DNA of 56,479 nt from an uncultured delta proteobacterium (GTDB taxonomy: Bacteria; Desulfobacterota; Desulfobacteria; Desulfobacterales; SG8-13). A model generated the notes under the pieces. That model searched no databases. It was not told the DNA's origin and saw only the letters and a program-made list of their open reading frames with translations. The stretch spans positions 635,684 through 692,162 of the forward strand of contig CAWKCK010000002.1 in NCBI GenBank assembly GCA_963848135.1, given 5' to 3'. Position numbers and translations under genes: made by a program. Below are positions 1-9,845 of the stretch, piece after piece (the stretch's first letter is position 1; every line of letters begins with the position of its first letter).

Positions 1-122
1 GAGCGAAAATGTAATCGGGGCTGACGCGGACGTCCAGCGGCACCTTGGCAGGGTAAGGGAACAACCGGGCCCTGGAAATTGCAGGCCGGGGAGCAATGGC
101 GTGAGTCGAACTTAAAACGGTT

Positions 123-1610
123 CTATTCGTTGGAATGCAAACAACACTGATTACGACCGGCATCTTTGGCACGATACAGGGCTGTGTCGGCTTTCTTGAC
201 CAGATCCGCGTTGGAAGAGTCGGTTTTGGCCGAGTAGCTGGCAATTCCGATGCTCATGGTGACGAAAATGGTTTGTTCTCCATAAGCAAACTCCATCGAT
301 GATAGTTTGTCGCGTATTCGTTCGGCTAAGATGAAGGCGCCTTCCTGGGGCGTTTCCGGCAGCAGGACGGCAAACTCTTCTCCACCGTAACGGGCGACGA
401 CGTCCGATTTGCGCATCGACTTCTGCAACAGTTCCGAAACTTCTCGCAGGATGTAATCCCCGGCCAAGTGGCCGAACGTGTCGTTGATCTTTTTGAAATG
501 GTCAAGGTCCGCCATCATCAGCGTAAGAGGCATCTTATAGCGCTTGGCGCGATACATTTCTTCATCGAGGACTTCCTGAAACCTCTGGTAATTGGTCAAT
601 TTGGTCAGGCCATCATGGGTCGCCCGCTCGTTCAGGACCTCTATGCGCTTGTCCTGCTCGATCAAACGACTCAAGAAATCAGAAGACATATGGATCAACT
701 CTTTTCTGGCGGTCTCGATCATTTCGAGATAACCGGTTTCGGATTCGATCTTGATTTCGAATACCGGATATACCGCTTCCGTAAGACGTCCCACCTCTTC
801 TAAGACCGGTTCCAATTGGAATTGGTCATCGAAACCGTACTCTTTGACGTAATGCTCTATCAATCCAAGAAAAAAGGCCTTGTCGGGCTTGTTGACAAAA
901 TCGACCAGCAATGATGTCAGATGCAGCATTTGCGTCAGCATTATGGTTTCCGAACAACGTGTATCCAATCTGGCTGGGGTGTGGTGATGGGCAATTGACT
1001 GGAAAAAGGTTTCCGGCAGTCCCCATTTTTTTACCAGACGGCTGCCAATGTCCATATGCGTGAAACCCAGCACCTGGCTTTCTGCATCCTGGTAAGCCGA
1101 CTGATTCTCGGCCATTTCGGCCAGCACAAGACAGTATTGATCATGCATACATTGGTTCAGGGTCAGGACGCCAATATCATGCAGCAGTCCAAGGAAAAAG
1201 GCGTCATCGGCCATGGCGCGATTCAGCTTACCCGTTAGCAATTTCATGGTCACGGCGCTGAAAAGAGAATCTTTCCAGAACTGGGTGTAATCGAACCCTT
1301 CTCCATCGTCAGAATGAAAGCATTTTATTACCGAAAAACTCAAGGCAAGATTCTTGACTGTCGTAGCGCCAAGGAGATTGACGGCATGGTTAACGGAAGA
1401 GATCCGGGAATTCAGTCCATAGTAGGGCGAATTAATCAGGCGGAGAACCTCCGCGCTCAGTGGCGGATCGGTAGACAGGATTTCTGCCAATTCCTTCAAA
1501 CCGCTGTTTTGATCCTGCACGGCTTCCAGGATTTTGATAGCAACACCAGGCAAAGTGGGCAATCTATCAATGCCGCTGACGACCTCGTTGATTACATCTT
1601 TAGATCCCAT
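123..1610 (-). CDS. HDOD-domain diguanylate cyclase (HDOD + GGDEF)
   Basis: N-terminal LPTLP...DPPLSAEVLRLINS...GLLHDIG HDOD motifs; C-terminal DLDHFKKINDTFGH and GGEEF with intact RxxD I-site (RKSD). Start moved to MGSKD behind a GAAGGA SD. Confidence 0.93.
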   Translation of the reverse strand: MGSKDVINEVVSGIDRLPTLPGVAIKILEAVQDQNSGLKELAEILSTDPPLSAEVLRLINSPYYGLNSRISSVNHAVNLLGATTVKNLALSFSVIKCFHSDDGEGFDYTQFWKDSLFSAVTMKLLTGKLNRAMADDAFFLGLLHDIGVLTLNQCMHDQYCLVLAEMAENQSAYQDAESQVLGFTHMDIGSRLVKKWGLPETFFQSIAHHHTPARLDTRCSETIMLTQMLHLTSLLVDFVNKPDKAFFLGLIEHYVKEYGFDDQFQLEPVLEEVGRLTEAVYPVFEIKIESETGYLEMIETARKELIHMSSDFLSRLIEQDKRIEVLNERATHDGLTKLTNYQRFQEVLDEEMYRAKRYKMPLTLMMADLDHFKKINDTFGHLAGDYILREVSELLQKSMRKSDVVARYGGEEFAVLLPETPQEGAFILAERIRDKLSSMEFAYGEQTIFVTMSIGIASYSAKTDSSNADLVKKADTALYRAKDAGRNQCCLHSNE

Positions 1611-2066
1611 TGAACGCTTCCTTCTCGGATTATCGGGTAACAAGCCTGTCGGCACGTCGGCACTGATCCCAATCATTTATGGCACCGACCTTTGGATTGT
1701 TATCGGTCAAAGATGGGAAAACTTAAGGATAAAGACATCCTTGTCTGCCGAGAAACCCAATACCATCCGATTGTAGTGGTACGAGTTTTGGTGGTTGTCA
1801 AAAAACGTTCCGTTTTCGGACGTTTTCCCTGAAACCACACTGATCCCCCTTCGATATGTCGGAATTTATTTTTGAACCGCGGTATTAAAGAGAATACGAT
1901 TGAATTGAACGCAGCGGTCGATGGGCCGATAGTCAAGTCAGAAGACCCATCCACCTCAAGGGGCGGGTGGGTCTTCCAGGGAGGTACCACAATCCAGGAA
2001 CAGCTTGTGGCAGTGACGGCAATCAGCATTACTGACGATCATGCTTGCATGTCGATCGACGGATGG

Positions 2067-2909
2067 TCATACAAACGAGGCCATTTTCTCGGCAATGGCA
2101 TCGAACGCCCGGGTCACGCCGGAATCGGTGTGGGCATCGCGAAAACACGTGCCCGAATCCCCGCACACAACCACATTGGGATCGATGGGAATCCGTCCCA
2201 GAAAATTAAGGCCGAACTGCTTTGCGGTTTTTTCACCACCGCCGGATCCGAACAACTCAATCATCTGGCTACAATGCGGACAGGTAAGGCCGCTCATGTT
2301 TTCCAGGATGCCAAAAACTTCCATGTTGACCCGCTTGCAGAAGCTTATCGATTTGCGAACGTCTGCCAGGGCGACCTCCTGTGGCGTCGTCACGATAATG
2401 GCCTTGGCGTCTTTGATGATTTGGGCGACAGTCAACGGTTCGTCACCGGTACCAGGCGGCGCGTCGATAATGAGAAAGTCGAGCTCGCCCCAATCCACAT
2501 CACCGATGAATTGCTGAATGGCCGAATATTTTATCGGGCCACGCCAGATAATGGCTTCGTCTTTACTTGCCATCAGCGATTCAACCGATACCGCTTTAAG
2601 ATTCTCCGAGTAGCTGGCCGGAGTTAACTTGCGGTTGGGTCCAACGTCCAAGGTATCTTTCAACCCCAGCATGCGCGGAACATCCGGTCCATGAAGATCG
2701 ACGTCCATGATCCCGACTTTGAAACCTTTGTTCGCCAGGGCAATGGACAAGTTAACGGATGTGCTGGTTTTACCAACGCCGCCCTTGCCACTCATGACCA
2801 GGAATTTGTTTTTTATTATCCCAAGCGCACTGTTAATCTTGGCGTCCTGTTCTGCTTGGGGGTCCTGTCGTTTGGCAGGATCCGGTACTTTATCCATAAT
2901 TTGTGCCAT
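2067..2909 (-). CDS. apbC: Mrp/ApbC (NBP35) family Fe-S cluster carrier ATPase
   Basis: SGKGGVGKT P-loop, DVDLHGP, WRGP, IDAPPGTGD, TTPQEVA, ENMS-x3-CPHC motifs. Confidence 0.95.
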   Translation of the reverse strand: MAQIMDKVPDPAKRQDPQAEQDAKINSALGIIKNKFLVMSGKGGVGKTSTSVNLSIALANKGFKVGIMDVDLHGPDVPRMLGLKDTLDVGPNRKLTPASYSENLKAVSVESLMASKDEAIIWRGPIKYSAIQQFIGDVDWGELDFLIIDAPPGTGDEPLTVAQIIKDAKAIIVTTPQEVALADVRKSISFCKRVNMEVFGILENMSGLTCPHCSQMIELFGSGGGEKTAKQFGLNFLGRIPIDPNVVVCGDSGTCFRDAHTDSGVTRAFDAIAEKMASFV

Positions 2910-3208
2910 GTATATCGATCTCCCCTATTTAATTTTCTTACCAATATCGAGGTTGCGTTTAGACGTCCTGCTCGGTGGCAACTGGTGCCGTGATACAATC
3001 TATCTATCTTTCGTCCACAAATTACCCTTACCCGTCCTTCCGGCGTCAAGGGCATCTCGAAAGCGGACGGCGCCGGCTGAATCGCCTGTGCGACACACCA
3101 GCAGGCACCTCCGCACAATTTCATTGATATCATATAAATTGCAGAATATGGCGCGGCACGATTCCTAAGGTCGTGTGTACAGCAATGATGCCTGATATCG
3201 ATACGGCG

Positions 3209-3616
3209 CTACTCCCGACGAAACGCATCATTACCGCATTGCGGACACCCCTGAGGCCTTCCGCTTCCACAGGGTTCCTCCCAATGGTGTTGGCACTGAA
3301 GGCAAATAAAAATTCGAGGAGCATCGATGAGTTTATAATTGCCACCCTCTACATTGATCGCCTTGCCGTTGATGATCGCATCTGCAACAGCCTTACGGGC
3401 CCGTTGGATTATCCGCCCGAAAGTGGCGCGGGATACGCCCATGCGTCGCCCCGCCTCTTCATGGGATAAACCGATCAGGTCAGAGAGACGAATCGCCTCG
3501 CGCTCGTCAACCGTCAACCGTACCTCGTCAAGGTCCAACATCGGAATTCCTCTTGGCTTGAAGTAGCTGATATGTGGTTTGAACGCGACGAAGCGGTCCT
3601 TTTGCGGTCTGACCAT
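3209..3616 (-). CDS. DUF134 family HTH protein with C-terminal zinc ribbon
   Basis: MVRPQK...FKPRG...EREAIRLSD...MGVSRATF...KAINVEGG signature; CLQC...CPQC tail; upstream of apbC. Confidence 0.9.
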   Translation of the reverse strand: MVRPQKDRFVAFKPHISYFKPRGIPMLDLDEVRLTVDEREAIRLSDLIGLSHEEAGRRMGVSRATFGRIIQRARKAVADAIINGKAINVEGGNYKLIDAPRIFICLQCQHHWEEPCGSGRPQGCPQCGNDAFRRE

Positions 3617-3628
3617 GTCCATTCCTTT

Positions 3629-3672
3629 ATGAGATAATGCTCACATCTATGGTTTTGAATACCGGTTGTCAA
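3629..3672 (-). promoter_or_regulatory. Putative sigma70 promoter of the DUF134 gene with overlapping palindromic operator
   Basis: Minus strand TTGACA-N17-TAGATG followed directly by GTGAGCATTATCTCAT (TGAG-N6-CTCA dyad). Confidence 0.5.
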
Positions 3673-3787
3673 GGATTTTTAGCGGTTCCCGCATCCAAGC
3701 AATACCACCCATCCCAACCAACCGTTTTACCGATCGGTAACATGTCCTTTATTCAAAGATACGAACAATCAAGATGACATTTTCGGG

Positions 3788-4288
3788 CTATTCGTTTTTA
3801 TCCTGTTGCTCTTTTGCCAGTTGCTCGGGAGACATTGTCCAAAAAGGTGTACCATCTTTTGTCAGGCGCACCTTAAGTACGTAATAGTCTCCCTTTTTAA
3901 TTTTCGAGGCCATGAAAACGTCCTTGGTGTTGATCTCGGCCCATACACCGCGAATTTTAACTTGATCACCCCGTTTGAGTCCGATGTTTTCGGCGTCCCG
4001 ATACCAGGCAGGGCACACGTGCACATCGATTGTCTCATTATCCGATTCTTTAACCTTCAGGATGACACCGGGAGCCATACCGGCCATTGGTGCGGCTTCA
4101 GTAATTTTGACCACTTTCGCTTTGAACGAATCCATTTCAGCGACGTTGTAGAAGTCGTTGTACGGACTACCCAGCTCCCAACCGCCCATATCTTTCGTCT
4201 CAGCGGCGATGACTGCGCCTGAAAAAGTCATTGTAATCATGCAGAAAAACCAGAAATTTAATGAAATTGTTTTGAATCTTTCGCTCAT
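3788..4288 (-). CDS. Exported protein, MamS/MamX-like OB-fold domain
   Basis: Signal peptide; YN..YN...V.VHVCPAWY...LK.GDQVKIRG...VRL..DGTPFW pattern; AGGAGG SD. Confidence 0.6.
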   Translation of the reverse strand: MSERFKTISLNFWFFCMITMTFSGAVIAAETKDMGGWELGSPYNDFYNVAEMDSFKAKVVKITEAAPMAGMAPGVILKVKESDNETIDVHVCPAWYRDAENIGLKRGDQVKIRGVWAEINTKDVFMASKIKKGDYYVLKVRLTKDGTPFWTMSPEQLAKEQQDKNE

Positions 4289-4501
4289 TAATCCTCCTAT
4301 ACTTAATTTTGCCCTCCGGAGATCACCGACAGATTAACACCCAATATAATACTCTCATGAGATTTGTAACCCCTAAATCCGCTTCTTTCACGAAAAACGA
4401 AAATGTAATCTTTTCAAATCTTTTAGGCCGACCCTGGACAAAATATCCGCTATAACTTGAACATAAATCCACGATATAAAGTATTTTTTTGGAAACATCG
4501 T

Positions 4502-4906
4502 TTAAGAATTTCTCCGAGTGTTTGGTTGGCCCCTGTTCAAGCCATGACGGCGGATAACGGCCCAGTAAATAATTCCGTTGATAATGAGGACTGCGGCGCC
4601 CAGAAACAGTTGAACGGTACGCGTCAGACTTTCCGGATACAACAAAGGCATTACCAGGTGCTCGATGAAACCGCCTGCATATCCTGCCTCTCCACCTTTT
4701 TGACGCAGATAATTTTCCAGTGGTGTTAGCGGACAAATCCAGCCACTGAATTCGATCAACATGCCCCAGAGAAAAGCCGGAAAGTGCAACCAGATGACCT
4801 TGGGTCGCCATAACCCTCCCAGTCCGCCCACAACAACAAAACATGCGAACGCCAAGTGCAGAACGACGACACTATCCGCCGCAATGAGGTAAGCGATTGG
4901 AGGCAT
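4502..4906 (-). CDS. DUF2784 family membrane protein
   Basis: ADSVVVLHLAF...WICPLTPLENYLR...Y.GGFIEH signature. Confidence 0.9.
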   Translation of the reverse strand: MPPIAYLIAADSVVVLHLAFACFVVVGGLGGLWRPKVIWLHFPAFLWGMLIEFSGWICPLTPLENYLRQKGGEAGYAGGFIEHLVMPLLYPESLTRTVQLFLGAAVLIINGIIYWAVIRRHGLNRGQPNTRRNS

Positions 4907-4991
4907 CCGAGGTACTCAGAATATAGTTGTTTAGGAGTTAAGCGCCGGCCCAGTGAGAGATATCAACCGATTGGAAGATCAACTGAGGACG

Positions 4992-5705
4992 TCAATTCGG
5001 CTGTTGCCAATGGATTTTCTGGTTTTCGAAATCGATGGTGTAACGTGAATTCCGCAAAATATTCATACCCAGAAGGCCGCTGAAATGAATGGTTTCGGCG
5101 GATTTGGTCGTGTGTTGTATTACTGTCGCTTCGACTTTTTTCAGATCAAGCGGCCCAAGTTTAAGATAATCCAGCACCACCAGATCGGTTTCAATGAGAT
5201 CGCCGCCGGCCACCATTGAAACCCCTTTCTCTTGGGATTTGACGTTCAGTATGCCGGCCAGATCGCTGAAGAGCACCAAATGCGACGCACCGGTGTCAAG
5301 TAGGAACAATGTTTCCATCTCCTTTATGCCGTATCCGATAGTTACAGGTACCAGCACCTGGTTGCCAATAATGATCACATCCGTTTGCTGACGTTTGAGC
5401 CGGGCTTCTTTTTCACGCTTCCCCTTGAGTTTATGTTCCTCCAATGCCCGTTGGGCATCTCTTTCGCGATCTTTCTGGAGCATGATCGCCCTTTCGCCTT
5501 CCGGAAGATGATCGTATTTTTCCCGATACACTTTCATGTCCGGCTGGTATTCCTCGGGGACATTAGCCAGATCGTCGACATAATGGACATCGCCGTCTTC
5601 AGTGACATAGCGGTAAAATTCCGACAGAGAATCGGCGGGATACAAGAGACACATAGAGATAAAAAGGAAAAGTGCTACAGCCGTCGTTGCTTTCCGCGGT
5701 ACCAT
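4992..5705 (-). CDS. Secreted DUF4124 + retropepsin-like aspartyl protease
   Basis: Signal peptide; YRYVTEDGDVHYVD (DUF4124-like); FLLDTGAS and GLLGMNIL clan AA motifs. Confidence 0.85.
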   Translation of the reverse strand: MVPRKATTAVALFLFISMCLLYPADSLSEFYRYVTEDGDVHYVDDLANVPEEYQPDMKVYREKYDHLPEGERAIMLQKDRERDAQRALEEHKLKGKREKEARLKRQQTDVIIIGNQVLVPVTIGYGIKEMETLFLLDTGASHLVLFSDLAGILNVKSQEKGVSMVAGGDLIETDLVVLDYLKLGPLDLKKVEATVIQHTTKSAETIHFSGLLGMNILRNSRYTIDFENQKIHWQQPN

Positions 5706-5892
5706 TCGAATATCCTTCGGTCTTCAGATCCACCCAAATCAAGTATTATATTATATCACAATATAACACAATCGATCCAGTACCATCGGCTATCGATGTG
5801 TAAGTTTTCGGTATTGCATAATAAAAAAGTGAGCGACACGATACGGAATGGCAGGAAAGCGTTTCTGTCCGGATATTACAAGAATTTTCGGG

Positions 5893-7329
5893 CTATAGGG
5901 CCGTATCGGTAGGATCGATCTCGGGGTGCCAGTGGGCGATGGAGTTGGCATAGTAGCCAAGAATATTTCGCATCTCGGGATCGGCCGTATAAATACCGTT
6001 TGATTCGATAATCAACCGGCGCATTTTCAGCATATTAAGGGCCGTAACAATGTTCTGCACCCGGCTACGGGTTGAAATAAATACCGGTGCCCCCCTGGCC
6101 TGGATATCGGCAATGAGGCGATTCACCCGCTCTTCGACTTCAAATGCCGTAAACGAGGATTGTGGGTTTATCTGAAAAACGGCCGCAACCAGCGGAACCG
6201 GTAAAACCGGGATAACTGCTGCAATAGCCGCCATCAGATGATGACTCAGCGTTTCGACGGCTTTGAAACGGGTCTGGCGATCCATCCGACTGAAATCGAT
6301 ACCCGCTTCGTTGCAGTAATCGTGTAGCGAAACATAGGCGCCGAAGTTGACGCAGGCATATCCGAATTTTTGCCATCTACTTGAAATCATTAGCGTAATG
6401 CTTTTCATTATGAAAAGACCCGTCGTTTTGACAACAAACCAGCGACTCCGCCGGGCGGCTTCGGGATCCAACGAGCGCATTAAGCTGCGATCTTCTAAGC
6501 TCCTGTCGTAGTTGATGCCAACCGGAACAAAGACGATATCACGATCCGTATCGGGTTGATAACCGCGGACCATATAATCGATGATTCCAAATTTGGGACG
6601 CCCCATCTGTCCGTTACGGCTCAACCCGCCTTCAGGGAATACCGCCTGACAAACCCCCTCCTTGGTCGCCATGTGAATGTAACGTTCCAGAACCAGTCGA
6701 TACAGGGTGTTGTTCGAGCGGCGGCGCACAAAAAAAGCCCCCATGGCACGAATCAAGGTTTGCAGGGGCCAGATCCTGGCCCATTCCCCAACCGCGTATG
6801 ACAGGGCCGTCCGCTCGGCAACCAGGAAGGAGACAATGATGTAATCCATATTGCTGCGATGGTTCATGACAAAAACAACGGTCGCGTCCGGATCGATTTT
6901 TTCAAGCCTGGCACTGTCAATGAGACCGATGTGAACCTGATACAGCAACCGGGCAATTTTCTTGGCCGCCCAGTAACCGACCCGAAAGTATAAATAGGCA
7001 TTGAAAGCCGGCACAATTTCCTTTGCATACGCCACGGCCTCCTTTTGTACGCTCTCTTTGGAGACCTCACGCCGCTGTGCCTCAAGCCGGATGGCTGTAA
7101 TGACTCCGGGATCATTGACCAAACGATCGATGAGTACCTGACGCTTGGTCAATTGAAACGGACGGATTTCCAATGACAGCCGACGGCTGATGTCATCGAT
7201 TACGCGATTGATGGTCCGTTGCATGAACCAGCGCACCATCGGCAGCAGTAATCTGTCGACCAGGGTTAAAGCGGTGATCCCCAGCAAAAGCAAGAAAATC
7301 CATAAAGGGATAATAATGGGTTCGTTCAT
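5893..7329 (-). CDS. Glycerol-3-phosphate acyltransferase (PlsB/PlsC-like)
   Basis: NHRSNMD (HxxxxD), GAFFVRR, FPEGGLSR acyltransferase blocks; N-terminal TM. Confidence 0.88.
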   Translation of the reverse strand: MNEPIIIPLWIFLLLLGITALTLVDRLLLPMVRWFMQRTINRVIDDISRRLSLEIRPFQLTKRQVLIDRLVNDPGVITAIRLEAQRREVSKESVQKEAVAYAKEIVPAFNAYLYFRVGYWAAKKIARLLYQVHIGLIDSARLEKIDPDATVVFVMNHRSNMDYIIVSFLVAERTALSYAVGEWARIWPLQTLIRAMGAFFVRRRSNNTLYRLVLERYIHMATKEGVCQAVFPEGGLSRNGQMGRPKFGIIDYMVRGYQPDTDRDIVFVPVGINYDRSLEDRSLMRSLDPEAARRSRWFVVKTTGLFIMKSITLMISSRWQKFGYACVNFGAYVSLHDYCNEAGIDFSRMDRQTRFKAVETLSHHLMAAIAAVIPVLPVPLVAAVFQINPQSSFTAFEVEERVNRLIADIQARGAPVFISTRSRVQNIVTALNMLKMRRLIIESNGIYTADPEMRNILGYYANSIAHWHPEIDPTDTAL

Positions 7330-7587
7330 GGCAGACGATACCGCGTGTCCGGTGACCCAGGGGTGATCCTGAGTCTTAAAATCTCTTCAGGAAGAGGCGA
7401 AAAAGTATCAACGTCAAAGTGTTATTAAATATTTTGATCCATTCAGCATCTGCGGTTGAGAATACCTACGGCCGTGCGGCGAGGTGAAAATCACAATTGC
7501 AAATTCGACCAAACACTTCGCAAGGCCGGTGACAGACAGACTTATATCCGGCGGTTCTCAACATCACAGGCCGCCGGTTATTTATTT

Positions 7588-7863
7588 CAGGGGTCGGGGA
7601 GTTTTTCCCGCAAATGCTGAACCAGAGCGGAGGGAGTGATCAGCAGCGAAAGCGTGCACTGTCCGAATGCATTAGGCAACTTTGGGAAAGAACAGCGGAA
7701 ACCTCGGTTATCAGATTCGGATCATAATAAGCGAACTGAGCTCAACATTTTTATATCATTATGAAATCTGTTCTTTCCTTAGGTTGCCTTATGCATGAGT
7801 TTGCGCGCTGAAGTCGCTGATTATTCCCTCCGCTACCGGATGGTAAAAACTCCCCGAGGGCTC
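7588..7863. mobile_element. MITE-like element, family A, copy 1 (276 bp, long imperfect inverted arms, 8-bp TSD ATTTATTT)
   Basis: ATTTATTT at 7580-7587 and 7864-7871; arms ~7594-7695 and ~7768-7857 are inverted; closely similar reverse-orientation copy at 37037-37313. Confidence 0.85.
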
Positions 7864-7907
7864 ATTTATTTAGACCCAAGTTGCGTTTCAATCACAAAAC
7901 CAGCAGG

Positions 7908-8654
7908 TCAAAACTTCTCGGCAGCCGCCTCGAGCAATTTATGCACTGATGGCTCAAACCAGCACGAAAGCATTTCTTCTTTTCGCTGGTTACGGCGACC
8001 CTCGAACCTGGCGCACACCGCCTCGGTACGGTTTCGCTTGATGAGGGTAAAGGCGGCCCGTGTCTTTTCTGCCAGGTGGGAAATCAATTCTAAAGATCGT
8101 TCTTCGATTTTCTCTTCCGTACTGATTTCATCCACCAATCCGCCGGCCATGGCCTCCTCAGGTGGTACCATTTCACCCTTGTAACACAGATCGGTGGCCA
8201 CCCTGTCACCGACGACCTGCCTGAGCATTAAGTCCGCCAGGAATGGGACCGGAAGACCGATGTTAATTTCGTTCAATCCCATAAAATTTCTGCCCGGTGC
8301 AATCAAGCGGTAGTCGGCACTCAATGCCAGAATCGTCCCTCCGGCAACGGCATGTCCTGAAATGGCTGCGGCCGTAGGTATTGGCAGGGTGTAAAGGTCG
8401 AGGACGACCTGATCGAAAGCATCCCAGAATCGGCTCATCCTCTCATGGTCGAAACCGACGAGTTCAGGCAGGTTAAGCCCGATACTGAAAAATTTCGTTC
8501 CGCCGGCCAGAACGCATCCGCTATACTCCGCTCGGATCTGTTCGAGAGCGGCGGAGAGATCCGTCACCATCGTCGAGCCGATGGCATTGGTAACCCTGCT
8601 GGTCAGCCGCAGCAAAGCCACAGGGCCGTATTTGTCAATAGTCACATTATCCAT
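7908..8654 (-). CDS. Enoyl-CoA hydratase/isomerase family protein
   Basis: FFSIGLNL, AAISGHAVAGGTILALSADYR, GLNEINIGLP crotonase motifs. Confidence 0.9.
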   Translation of the reverse strand: MDNVTIDKYGPVALLRLTSRVTNAIGSTMVTDLSAALEQIRAEYSGCVLAGGTKFFSIGLNLPELVGFDHERMSRFWDAFDQVVLDLYTLPIPTAAAISGHAVAGGTILALSADYRLIAPGRNFMGLNEINIGLPVPFLADLMLRQVVGDRVATDLCYKGEMVPPEEAMAGGLVDEISTEEKIEERSLELISHLAEKTRAAFTLIKRNRTEAVCARFEGRRNQRKEEMLSCWFEPSVHKLLEAAAEKF

Positions 8655-8676
8655 TTTTCTCCCCAAATACCTTTTT

Positions 8677-9489
8677 TCAACCATCCGCCAAATTTCGGTT
8701 CATGCTGCCCGACGTGTATCCCTCGAGATCGAGGGTCACATAACTAAACCCGAGGGTCTTTAACCGATCGGTGACCGCCAGGCGGGTCGAGGGGGATAGA
8801 ATCCGTTTGAAATCTTCGGGGTTCACCTCGATCCGTGCCGTATCACCGTGGTGGCGAACCCGAACGGTTGAGGCCCCTATCGAGAGGATAAACTCTTCAG
8901 CAGCATCGATCATTGCCAAGGTCTCCTCCCTGATAGGCGTCCCATAGGGTACGCGGGTCGCCAGACAGGCCATGGACGGCTTGTTCCAGGTGGGAAGATT
9001 AAATTGCTGCGATATCAGCCGAATCTCGTCCTTGTTCAAACCGGCCTCCACAAGAGGCGCTGTGACCTCCATCTCTCTCGCAGCCTTCATTCCGGGACGG
9101 TAATCGTTCAGATCGTCGAAGTTAGCGCCATGTACCACGTGGATCATACCCCGGTCGCGGCCGAGTTCAATCAGGTCCGCCAGTAAATTTCGTTTGCAGA
9201 CATAACAGCGGTCCGACCGGTTGGCTCGGAAATCAGCCTGCTGCATTTCGCCGGAAACGACCACTATATGTTGGATACCCCTGGCAGCGGTAAATTCCTC
9301 GGCAAACCGGATTTCTCTTGCCGGATGGACAGGAGAGCGCGCTGTAACGGCCAGGATTTTTTCTCCCAGGACCGTATGGGCGACATACAGCAGTAATGTA
9401 CTGTCAACACCGCCGGAAAAAGCAACGATCAGATCGGGGTACCCTTTCAAAATTTCTTTTAGTTTTTCTGTTTTTTCCTGCAAATTCAT
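8677..9489 (-). CDS. larE: LarE family ATP-dependent sulfur transferase
   Basis: AFSGGVDST PP-loop, RCYVCK, DDLNDYRPG, PSMACLATRVPYG, VRVRHHG, GYTSGSMN. Confidence 0.92.
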   Translation of the reverse strand: MNLQEKTEKLKEILKGYPDLIVAFSGGVDSTLLLYVAHTVLGEKILAVTARSPVHPAREIRFAEEFTAARGIQHIVVVSGEMQQADFRANRSDRCYVCKRNLLADLIELGRDRGMIHVVHGANFDDLNDYRPGMKAAREMEVTAPLVEAGLNKDEIRLISQQFNLPTWNKPSMACLATRVPYGTPIREETLAMIDAAEEFILSIGASTVRVRHHGDTARIEVNPEDFKRILSPSTRLAVTDRLKTLGFSYVTLDLEGYTSGSMNRNLADG

Positions 9490-9845
9490 CTCGACATCTA
9501 CCCCTTACCTCTCCCTATCGGGATCATATATATAAAGCCTGTTCAACTAAAGTTGATGGCTCAGAAGTATGTCCGAAGGACAAGTGATAATATTTTTTAC
9601 TGGGCAATGCCGGACCCGGTATACGGCGAGGCGCACTATACGTGCCCTGCAAACAGAAAACGCCGAAAAACACCGGCCGGCGGGAGAAAGCTCATTTCAT
9701 TTGGACACTGACTATTGATCACAATTAATGATCCGGGTCAACCGCAGGCAATGGGTAAAATGTTATTTACAAAAGCTGAAAGGCCATGGTAAGGGTTCAT
9801 TTCGGCTGAACAAGAAACGGAAACATGACTGTGAAGGGGGTCGTA

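Noticed and set aside
1872..2627. Long antisense ORFs (also 22104-22733, 23081-23773, 33012-33695, 44943-45686)
   Set aside because: Shadow frames opposite well-supported genes, with no recognisable motifs
7588..7863. c-di-GMP or other riboswitch; protein-coding repeat
   Set aside because: Lacks the GGCAAA-P2-GAAA-GACGCAAA layout; position relative to genes differs between copies; the frame of the 37176-37433 ORF is interrupted by a stop in copy 1; TSDs favour a mobile element
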